DNA of 64,000 nucleotides from an uncultured Clostridia bacterium (GTDB lineage Bacteria; Bacillota; Clostridia; TANB77; CAG-508): NCBI GenBank assembly GCA_934133175.1, contig CAKPAX010000003.1, positions 10,823 to 74,822 of the forward strand, read 5' to 3'. Shown piece by piece: positions 1 to 6,617 of this stretch (position 1 is its first letter; each line of letters starts with the position of its first letter). The notes under the pieces were generated by a model. It saw only the letters and a program-made list of their open reading frames with translations, ran no database searches and was not told where the DNA came from. The position numbers and the translations under genes were made by a program.

Positions 1-2
1 TA

Positions 3-728
3 AATGCAGCTGATGGTCAAATGATAGCTAGAGGTGATATGGCTACAGAAACAGACTTTACAGAACCACCTGTAGTTCAAAAGAAAATAATAAAAATTTC
101 TAATAGAATACACAAACCAGCTATAACAGCTACACAAATGCTAGAATCAATGACACATCAACCATTACCAACAAGAGCAGAAGCTAGTGATGTTGCAAAT
201 GCTATTTATGATAGAACAAGTGCAATAATGTTATCAGGAGAATGTGCTCAAGGTGACTATCCAGTAGAATGTGTTAAAACAATGGATAAAATAGCTAAAA
301 GAGTAGAACCAGAAATTAATTACTGGAAGAGATTTGATCAAAATGATAATATAGATTTAGCAACAGAAGAAGATAAAATAGCTTATACAGCATGTATTAC
401 AGCTAAAAACTTAGAAGCTGATGCAATAGTTGCATATACACATTCTGGAGATTCTGCAAGAAGATTAGCAGGATTAGGAGCTGGATGCCCAATTTTAGCA
501 GTTACAGACAATAGAAGAACATTTAACCAATTAGCTTTAGCTTGGAATGTTACACCAGTATATATTGATGCAAAAGAGACAGTAGAAGAAACATTAAAAG
601 CTGGTATTAAAAAATTAGAAGATAAAGGAATATTAGAATCAGGAGATACAGTTGTTTTATCAGGAGGAAAAAACAATCAAGTTTACGGACATGATAATAA
701 AATAATTGGTGGAATCTTAAAAATCTAA
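3..728 (+). CDS. pyk: pyruvate kinase, C-terminal portion (5' end upstream of window)
   Basis: Frame is open from nt 3. Core PK motifs present: ..ARGD.., KPAITATQMLESM, PTRAEASDVANAI, MLSGE, plus a C-terminal regulatory domain. Hairpin terminator follows. Confidence 0.85.
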   Translation, partial: NAADGQMIARGDMATETDFTEPPVVQKKIIKISNRIHKPAITATQMLESMTHQPLPTRAEASDVANAIYDRTSAIMLSGECAQGDYPVECVKTMDKIAKRVEPEINYWKRFDQNDNIDLATEEDKIAYTACITAKNLEADAIVAYTHSGDSARRLAGLGAGCPILAVTDNRRTFNQLALAWNVTPVYIDAKETVEETLKAGIKKLEDKGILESGDTVVLSGGKNNQVYGHDNKIIGGILKI

Positions 729-740
729 TTATAATTATTA

Positions 741-770
741 AAAAAGACGTATTTTATACGTCTTTTTTTG
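741..770 (+). terminator. rho-independent terminator after pyk
   Basis: AAAAAGACGTA/TACGTCTTTTT stem followed by a T-run. Confidence 0.7.
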
Positions 771-808
771 AGCTTATAAAATATTAATTTACATGTATAA
801 AAATAATC

Positions 809-835
809 ACAATTGTCAAATAAAGTCATATAATA
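809..835 (+). promoter_or_regulatory. candidate mother-cell (sigmaE/sigmaK-type) promoter of the cotJ operon
   Basis: AC (809-810), 16-nt spacer, then CATATAATA (827-835). Fits the AC-N16/17-CATAnnnTA pattern. Lies about 22 nt upstream of the cotJA start. Confidence 0.3.
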
Positions 836-856
836 AATTATAAAGGAGGAAGAAAA

Positions 857-1222
857 ATGTATAATTTTAGATACAGAAGATGTTTTTGTATGAATAATAA
901 TTATTCAACTAATTCTAATGAAGAAGTATTAGAAGATAGATGTCAAAATAATTGTTGTTCATGTAATGAGTCTTATAATGATAATTGTGGTTGTGGATTT
1001 GATGATGAATATAATGATGTATTTCCTACAAATCCAATGTTAGCCCAAAGTTATGTTCCAGTTCAATATATGGATAAAACATTTAAACCATGTGTTGGAT
1101 TAAAAATGGGAACAATATTTCCAGAACTTGTGAGTCCTTATGCCCCAGGTCAATCAATGGAAGAAATTGCTTATATTGAAGCTACAAATAATATAGGGGA
1201 GGGATGTAACAAATGTCAGTAG
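857..1222 (+). CDS. cotJA: spore coat-associated protein CotJA
   Basis: C-terminal PMLAQSYVPVQYMDKTFKPCVGLKMGTIFPEL is a CotJA-type signature. AGGAGG lies 6 nt upstream. First gene of a cotJABC triad. N-terminus is Cys/Asn-rich. Confidence 0.8.
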   Translation: MYNFRYRRCFCMNNNYSTNSNEEVLEDRCQNNCCSCNESYNDNCGCGFDDEYNDVFPTNPMLAQSYVPVQYMDKTFKPCVGLKMGTIFPELVSPYAPGQSMEEIAYIEATNNIGEGCNKCQ

Positions 1223-1542
1223 AAGAAAACAGAAACTGTCCTTGTGAAAATAATAACGTAGATAATAATGTAAATGAAAATAATAATTGTAATGATAATA
1301 CAAGAAGTGAAATGATGCAGAAAATTAAAAGTTATAATTTTGCAATAATAGAATTAGCACTTTACTTAGATACACATCCTGATGATGAAAAAGCATTATG
1401 TTTGCATAATAAATATTGCAAAGAATGTAAAGAATTAAAAGATAAATATCAAAAAGTTTATGGACCTCTAACGATAAATTATCCATGTAATAAATGGAGA
1501 TGGTTAGAAGAACCATGGCCATGGGAAAGGGGGAATTTTTAA
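1213..1542 (+). CDS. cotJB: spore coat protein CotJB
   Basis: SYNFAIIELALYLDTHPDDEKAL....YGPLT is a CotJB family signature. Overlaps cotJA by 10 nt. GGGGAGGGA RBS. Confidence 0.8.
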   Translation: MSVEENRNCPCENNNVDNNVNENNNCNDNTRSEMMQKIKSYNFAIIELALYLDTHPDDEKALCLHNKYCKECKELKDKYQKVYGPLTINYPCNKWRWLEEPWPWERGNF

Positions 1543-1749
1543 ATGTGGACTTATAATAAAATGTTAGAATATCCTATTAATATAAAATGTACTGACCCCA
1601 GACTTGCAAAAGTAATCATATCTCAATATGGTGGACCTGATGGAGAGTTAGCTGCTTCTTTAAGATATTTATCTCAAAGATTTGGTATGCCGGACCAAAA
1701 AGCAAAAGCTATACTAAATGATATAGGTACAGAAGAATTGGCACAATGA
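1543..1749 (+). CDS. cotJC: cotJC 5' segment (Mn-catalase-family spore coat protein, first 67 codons, interrupted)
   Basis: MWTYNKMLEYPINIK..AKVIISQYGGPDGELAASLRYLSQRFGMP..DIGTEELA matches the CotJC N-terminus. Strong AAAGGGGGA RBS. The frame leaves CotJC sequence at nt 1746 and stops at once (TGA 1747-1749). An annotation pipeline would probably flag it as a fragment or pseudogene. Confidence 0.85.
   Translation: MWTYNKMLEYPINIKCTDPRLAKVIISQYGGPDGELAASLRYLSQRFGMPDQKAKAILNDIGTEELAQ
1733..1745. repeat. left copy of 13-nt direct repeat (attL core) AAGAATTGGCACA
   Basis: Identical at 12 of 13 nt to 5116-5128 (AAGAATTAGCACA). Flanking nucleotides diverge immediately on both sides. Confidence 0.8.
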
Positions 1750-1755
1750 TGATGT

Positions 1756-1792
1756 CAATAGTTAAAGACATAGATTACAATCTTAACTATTG
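1756..1792. terminator. hairpin just inside the left end of the element (possible bidirectional stop)
   Basis: CAATAGTTAA(A)GA / TCTTAACTATTG, a 12-bp stem with one bulge. Sits between the cotJC' stop and the stop of the convergent 1802..2506 gene. No clear U-tract. Confidence 0.35.
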
Positions 1793-1801
1793 GCTGTAAT
1801 T

Positions 1802-2506
1802 TTATATTCTAATTTCAAATTCAGTATCATTTCTTTTTGTTTCTATTTGTTTTGATAATTTATTAATCATTATTTCAAAACAATCTAATAATCTTAATAA
1901 ATTAGTAGAATCTTTGCGTAATGAAGTAGCTAACTCGATTTGAAAACATGAGATATCGGCTTTTGAACTAATATAATTGCAAATAGTTGTATCTTGAGAT
2001 GCTGTAAATGTATGATCTATTGTAGTATGTCCAATTGAAGCAAGTTTTTCATAAATAGTGTTTAAATAACTATTTATGTGGTGTGTATTGATTCCATTAT
2101 TGGTTTCAATATCAATGTCAAAAGATTGATTATTAGAGCAGCCATGAATATCAAGCATACATACTATATTTTTTTCTTTAGCAAGTTTTAATATTGCGTT
2201 TTTATATTCTAAACCATATCCAACATTTTCAAAATTAGGATCATCTTGTAAGTTAGATGTTCTAATTATTCCATTAGCTCCTGTTCTTTTACATAAAAAT
2301 TCAACAATTGGCCCAGTTAAAGTATCAGCTCCTTTTATCTGGCTATTTCTATTTTGTCTGACAGCATGTGGTGCTGATAATAGAATTGGCAAATTTCCAT
2401 CTATAATTTTAAAATTAATACCAGTACTTGATATTCCATTACAATTGTTTGCTCTATATTTTTCGTTTAATTTTATTATATACTTTATTTTTTCATTGTT
2501 ATCCAT
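1802..2506 (-). CDS. N-formylglutamate amidohydrolase / PghP-like zinc amidohydrolase family protein (element cargo)
   Basis: 234 aa. LLSAPHAV... and MLDIHGC motifs resemble the His/His metal-binding pattern of the FGase (PF05013-like) / gamma-PGA hydrolase superfamily. AAAGAGG RBS. Confidence 0.45.
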   Translation of the reverse strand: MDNNEKIKYIIKLNEKYRANNCNGISSTGINFKIIDGNLPILLSAPHAVRQNRNSQIKGADTLTGPIVEFLCKRTGANGIIRTSNLQDDPNFENVGYGLEYKNAILKLAKEKNIVCMLDIHGCSNNQSFDIDIETNNGINTHHINSYLNTIYEKLASIGHTTIDHTFTASQDTTICNYISSKADISCFQIELATSLRKDSTNLLRLLDCFEIMINKLSKQIETKRNDTEFEIRI

Positions 2507-2529
2507 TTTTAAAACCTCTTTGTTTGGGT

Positions 2530-2558
2530 ATTATAACATGGTTTTATTGAAATATCAA
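2530..2558 (-). promoter_or_regulatory. sigmaA-type promoter for the amidohydrolase-like gene
   Basis: On the minus strand: TTGATA, 17-nt spacer, TATAAT, with TG extension (TGtTATAAT). About 25 nt upstream of the RBS. Confidence 0.55.
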
Positions 2559-2577
2559 ATATTGAAAGTTGTTAAAT

Positions 2578-4140
2578 TTAATTTATTTTACTAATTTTAG
2601 GATATATGTGTAATTCAAAATTTGTAGGATTTGAATCTTTTTTTATAGCTTTTTCTGTTTTTAAATATGTAACTTTTTGAATAATACTTTTAAGTAAGAT
2701 ATTTTTATCTTCAGCAGTTTCTAACTTATAATATAAATCTAGAATATTCTCTAATTTAGGCATCAGTGATTTTTTTTTATTTTTTATTTTGCCATTTTTA
2801 TTTGAAAGCTCAATATATTCATTTAATCTGCTTTCTAAATTTTGAATATTATTTTTTATAGATTTAGAACGATTTATAAATTCATCTTTACTATATATAC
2901 CGTTTTCTAAAAAGTTATAAATTTTATTAAGTTTAGTATTTTCTTTTTCTAATTCTTTTTGTGTAACAGAAATGGATTGTTCTATTATTTTGCTATTTTC
3001 TATATTTAAATTATTTTTTATCTCATAATTTACTTTATAGTTTTTAATCCAGATTTTTAAAGATTCAATTATTTTATTTTCTACAATATAAAGTTTAGAA
3101 CTTACGTTATCACATTTTGAATTAGAACATATAATGGTGGCAGCTTTGTTAGGTTTATTATAAGACCTTCTTTGCATAGGTTTGCCACATTTTTCACAAA
3201 AAACTAAACCAGCTAATGGATTTTGAATTTGATAGTTATGTTTTATTTTTGGAGTATTTTGTTTCCTTTTTTCTTGTACTAAATTCCAAGTTTTATTATC
3301 AATAATAGATTCATGTAATCCGTCATAAAGTAAATAATTCTGATTACGAGGTCTAGTAATTATAATATGTCCATTTTTGGTTTTCTTTTTCTGTTTTCTT
3401 CTATTCCAAACAATTTTACCAATATATGTAGGATTAGAAAGAATATCTTTAACAGAGGAAATAGTCCATTCATCCGAAATTCTAGGCTTTAAGTTCATAT
3501 CATTTAATTGCTTAACAACTGAATTTATTGTATTACTTTCAAAAGTATATAATCTAAAAATTTCTTTTACGATAGGTGCTTCATCTTGATTTACAGATAG
3601 AGTATAACCTTTAGAATCCTTTAGTTTAACTCTATAGTATCCAAAAGGAGCAATATTGCCAACAAATTTACCTTCAGAAACAGAAAGTTCACGACCTCTT
3701 TGCAGACGCCTATTTATTGTTTTATATTCTCTTCTAGACATAAATAAGCCAAACTCAAAATATTCTTCATCAAATTCATTATCTGGATCATATGTTTTAA
3801 CAGGTGTAATGATTTTGGTATGAGAATATTTAAATGCTTTCAAAACAATACCTTGGTCACTGGTATCACCACGAGCAAGTCTTTCTACTTCAACAACCAA
3901 AACACCAGTCCATTTTTCATTTTCAACATCTTTTAGAAGTTTTTGCATTTCTTTTCTTTCGCTAATGGTTTCACCACTTACAACTTCTCTATAAATTTTG
4001 CCAATGGTTAAGTTTCGCTTTTGAGCTAGAGTAGTTAAGATTTTCTCATGTCTTGCTAATGTTTCACCTTCACCATATTTTTCGGATTCTATATCTTCTC
4101 TTGATTTCCTTAAATATATTGCATATGTGTCATTTTGCAC
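2578..4140 (-). CDS. large serine recombinase (SpoIVCA/SprA-like)
   Basis: Resolvase domain with catalytic Ser in YAIYLRKSRED and VVEVERLARG. Recombinase domain present. Zinc-ribbon cysteines CEKCGKPM...CSNSKCDN. Long coiled-coil C-terminus. The likely start is GTG 4140 behind AAAGGAGA. The ORF-track TTG at 4170 has no RBS. Confidence 0.9.
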   Translation of the reverse strand: MQNDTYAIYLRKSREDIESEKYGEGETLARHEKILTTLAQKRNLTIGKIYREVVSGETISERKEMQKLLKDVENEKWTGVLVVEVERLARGDTSDQGIVLKAFKYSHTKIITPVKTYDPDNEFDEEYFEFGLFMSRREYKTINRRLQRGRELSVSEGKFVGNIAPFGYYRVKLKDSKGYTLSVNQDEAPIVKEIFRLYTFESNTINSVVKQLNDMNLKPRISDEWTISSVKDILSNPTYIGKIVWNRRKQKKKTKNGHIIITRPRNQNYLLYDGLHESIIDNKTWNLVQEKRKQNTPKIKHNYQIQNPLAGLVFCEKCGKPMQRRSYNKPNKAATIICSNSKCDNVSSKLYIVENKIIESLKIWIKNYKVNYEIKNNLNIENSKIIEQSISVTQKELEKENTKLNKIYNFLENGIYSKDEFINRSKSIKNNIQNLESRLNEYIELSNKNGKIKNKKKSLMPKLENILDLYYKLETAEDKNILLKSIIQKVTYLKTEKAIKKDSNPTNFELHIYPKISKIN

Positions 4141-4171
4141 ATTTTTCTCCTTTCCTTGTAATTGGTACAAA

Positions 4172-4309
4172 TTACAATGATAAGGTTTTTGTTATTAAAT
4201 TAATTATTATATTGTCTATATATTCTTTTTGAGTGCTAATATTTTTAACTATGTAATCATCATAGAATTTTATTTTACTATTTTCTAATGTATATTCTTC
4301 TAATATCAT
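4172..4309 (-). CDS. small hypothetical ORF (45 aa) immediately upstream of the recombinase
   Basis: Hand translation: MILEEYTLENSKIKFYDDYIVKNISTQKEYIDNIIINLITKTLSL. GAGG lies 8 nt upstream. Stop is 31 nt before the recombinase GTG. Not in the ORF track because it is under the length cutoff. Confidence 0.3.
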   Translation of the reverse strand: MILEEYTLENSKIKFYDDYIVKNISTQKEYIDNIIINLITKTLSL

Positions 4310-4412
4310 ATAATCGCCTCATTTAAGTTTATGAGAAAAATATAAAAAAATACCCAAGATGATTTGTTTTGAACAAATTTAGTTTTTTATTTAAAATATA
4401 TAAAACATTCAT

Positions 4413-4441
4413 TTGCATGTTCTATGTAAATATGCTATAAT
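4413..4441 (+). promoter_or_regulatory. sigmaA-type promoter for the element lipoprotein gene
   Basis: TTGCAT, 17-nt spacer, TATAAT. About 100 nt upstream of ATG 4541. Confidence 0.5.
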
Positions 4442-4540
4442 AAATTTTAAGAAGGATAGTTAAGATAAGCCTTTCAAAATTTTGGAAGACTTAAATTCTT
4501 CCATATTTAAACTATATTAATTATACAAGGAGGAATAACT

Positions 4541-5032
4541 ATGAGAAGACGGATTATTGCTATGTTTGTAGTGTGTATTTTTATATGCACATTAACTGGT
4601 TGTGAAGAAGGAGGCAAAAGCGAAATTGTAACATTACCTAACCATCAACAGAGCGATGGACAGGTGACAACAGATGGAGCTTTCGAAATGCAACTACTAG
4701 AAACTATAAAAGTTGAAGAATATTTGACTTTTTTGGAAAGTTTTGATTATACTAATTATCAAATACTTGGGATTTCTACTAGCATGTATACGGGTCCGTA
4801 CACTGATGGAAATTATTATATGGTAACATATAGTAAGTTGGAAGAACCTCGTGAAGCTAGAGAAACAGGGAAAGTATCACTATTTAAAACAACAGATTAT
4901 GATGAATATAATAGTTTTTTAAATAGTTTTGATACTTTTAAGTATGAGATATTAGATATTTCTACATCTATGAGTACAGGCCCATATACAAGTGGTAACT
5001 ATTATATGGTAACCTATATAGAAATAAAGTAA
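4541..5032 (+). CDS. lipoprotein with two tandem ~39-aa repeats (element cargo)
   Basis: Signal peptide with lipobox LTG|C (Cys21). Residues 59-97 and 121-159 are 28/39 identical by hand alignment (..FLxSFDxxxYxILxISTSMxTGPYTxGNYYMVTY). AGGAGG RBS. Confidence 0.7.
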   Translation: MRRRIIAMFVVCIFICTLTGCEEGGKSEIVTLPNHQQSDGQVTTDGAFEMQLLETIKVEEYLTFLESFDYTNYQILGISTSMYTGPYTDGNYYMVTYSKLEEPREARETGKVSLFKTTDYDEYNSFLNSFDTFKYEILDISTSMSTGPYTSGNYYMVTYIEIK

Positions 5033-5050
5033 TAATCTAACTATCGCGAT

Positions 5051-5100
5051 AACTGGATAATGGGAAATTTTCATTATTCAGTTATTACTTTTTAATTTTT
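5051..5100 (+). terminator. terminator at the right end of the element
   Basis: AACTGGATAATG / CATTATTCAGTT stem (one G.U pair) followed by a T-rich tract. Ends 16 nt before the attR core. Confidence 0.55.
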
Positions 5101-5115
5101 ATCATCAGTGGAACC

Positions 5116-5128
5116 AAGAATTAGCACA
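5116..5128. repeat. right copy of 13-nt direct repeat (attR core) AAGAATTAGCACA
   Basis: Matches 1733-1745 at 12 of 13 nt. The G/A difference is synonymous (TTG/TTA, Leu) in the cotJC frame. Confidence 0.8.
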
Positions 5129-5516
5129 TTTAGAAATGGTTGGAACAATTGTACACCAATTAACAAAAAATGCGTCAATAGAAGAAATTGAAAAAGCAGG
5201 ATTAAGTGCATATTATACAGATCATGGTGTAGATGTGTATCCACAATCTGCAGCAGGTGTGCCATTTAATGCAAATTGTTTAGCATGTAAAGGAGATCCA
5301 ATAGCAAATTTACAAGAAAATTTAGCTGCAGAACAAAAAGCTAGAGCAACATATGAAAAATTAATAGATTTATGTAGAGATAATCCAGATGTATTAGATC
5401 CTTTAAAATTCTTAAGAGAAAGAGAAGTAGTTCATTTCCAAAGATTTGGAGAAGCACTTCGTGGAGTTCAAGATAAGTTAGCAGAAAAGAAATTTTATAT
5501 GAATAATTGTAAATAG
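5127..5516 (+). CDS. cotJC: cotJC 3' segment (Mn-catalase-family spore coat protein, C-terminal ~129 codons)
   Basis: ..HLEMVGTIVHQL...NLAAEQKARATYEKL...REREVVHFQRFGEAL is the CotJC/Mn-catalase ferritin-like core. The ORF-track ATG at 5136 has no Shine-Dalgarno. The frame continues upstream through the repeat. Confidence 0.85.
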   Translation, partial: HLEMVGTIVHQLTKNASIEEIEKAGLSAYYTDHGVDVYPQSAAGVPFNANCLACKGDPIANLQENLAAEQKARATYEKLIDLCRDNPDVLDPLKFLREREVVHFQRFGEALRGVQDKLAEKKFYMNNCK

Positions 5517-5524
5517 AATTAAAG

Positions 5525-5558
5525 CAAGAGGAAAGTTGATATTCCTCTTGTTTTTTTA
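5525..5558 (+). terminator. terminator after cotJC
   Basis: CAAGAGGAA / TTCCTCTTG stem followed by T7. Confidence 0.7.
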
Positions 5559-5637
5559 TTATATTAATATTAAAATAATGGTGATAAAATTTGGTTATTA
5601 GGATAATATAGTAATATAAAGATTAAGAAAGGAAAAT

Positions 5638-6474
5638 ATGAATACAAAAAAATTAATTGAAAAGTATAAAATAATAGAAAAATTATTTATTAATATGGAA
5701 AAAGATCATATAGGCGAATCATCTGCTCAATGTGCATATTATACAATATTATCTTTTATACCATTTATAATTTTGGTAATAACATTAATTCAATATACAG
5801 GATTAGAACCACAAACTTTATTTGATGTTATATCGAAAATAATTCCATCAAGTATGAGTGAAATGGTTTTAAATATAGTACAAGAAATATACTCGAAATC
5901 AATAGGAACAATTTCAATTTCTATTGTAGTTACAATATGGTCAGCAGGAAAAGGCTTGTTTGCTTTAACAAAAGGTTTACAAACAGTGTATCATACTAGT
6001 GAAGAAAAAACAGCATCTTATATTTATTTAAGATTAAAAGCTTTATTAGAAACAATAATATTTATTTTCTTAATAGTATTTGGATTAACAATTTTGGTAT
6101 TTGGAGATAGCTTAAGAAATATTATACATGAAAAATTTGGAGGTTTTGAAAATTATAATACATTATCAATTATAATAACAAATTGCGGTGTTATTTTTGC
6201 AACATTTATAGTTTTCTTACTATTATATAAATTTATGCCAAAACATAAAGTTACATTTAAAAGTCAAGTTTTAGGAGCAATATTTGGTGCAATAGCTCTT
6301 AATGTTGTTTCATTTGTATTTTCTAAATATTTATATATATTTAAAGGATTTTCTTTAACATATGGAAGTTTAACAACATTAATGCTTATTATGATGTGGA
6401 CATATTCTTGTTTTTATACTGTATTTTTAGGTGCAGAATTTAATAAAATGATAAACAATAAAAGAAACATTTAA
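5638..6474 (+). CDS. YihY/BrkB family membrane protein
   Basis: 278 aa, polytopic. N-terminal SSAQCAYYTILSFIPFIILVI is the typical YihY family motif. Confidence 0.75.
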   Translation: MNTKKLIEKYKIIEKLFINMEKDHIGESSAQCAYYTILSFIPFIILVITLIQYTGLEPQTLFDVISKIIPSSMSEMVLNIVQEIYSKSIGTISISIVVTIWSAGKGLFALTKGLQTVYHTSEEKTASYIYLRLKALLETIIFIFLIVFGLTILVFGDSLRNIIHEKFGGFENYNTLSIIITNCGVIFATFIVFLLLYKFMPKHKVTFKSQVLGAIFGAIALNVVSFVFSKYLYIFKGFSLTYGSLTTLMLIMMWTYSCFYTVFLGAEFNKMINNKRNI

Positions 6475-6513
6475 AAGTTGTCAATGGGGACGTAGTTTTT
6501 TGACAACTTTAAA
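6474..6513 (+). terminator. terminator after the yihY-like gene
   Basis: AAAGTTGTCAA / TTGACAACTTT stem. Confidence 0.6.
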
Positions 6514-6617
6514 TTTTAAAGATGTAAGACACAAAATTGAATATTGTTGACAATGCAACTATTGCAGGTGTAAAATTTATAAGCAAAATTATAAGAAATA
6601 TATGAAAGAGGAATAAA

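Larger units (their letters stand above)
1746..5128. mobile_element. 3,383-bp intervening element inserted in cotJC (large-serine-recombinase element, skin-like)
   Basis: Bounded by the 13-nt direct repeat. Separates two co-oriented, in-frame halves of cotJC. Encodes a large serine recombinase plus three other ORFs with their own promoters and terminators. Confidence 0.8.

Noticed and set aside
857-871. cotJA and gpr begin with the same 15 nt (ATGTATAATTTTAGA at 857 and at 63229).
   Set aside because: The upstream and downstream sequences are unrelated. A 15-nt AT-rich match encoding MYNFR is plausibly coincidence in this composition.
1802-5032. Whether the element cargo (amidohydrolase-like gene plus lipoprotein) forms a toxin-antitoxin or phage-defence module.
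   Set aside because: The two genes are on opposite strands with separate promoters. Neither shows nuclease, NTPase or toxin motifs that I can recognise. I kept them only as individual observations.
1543-5516. cotJC as an ordinary decayed pseudogene or an assembly artefact.
   Set aside because: Both halves are intact, in frame and co-oriented. They are separated by a discrete insert with a direct repeat exactly at the break points and a site-specific recombinase inside. Decay or misassembly would not produce a scar-free restorable junction.
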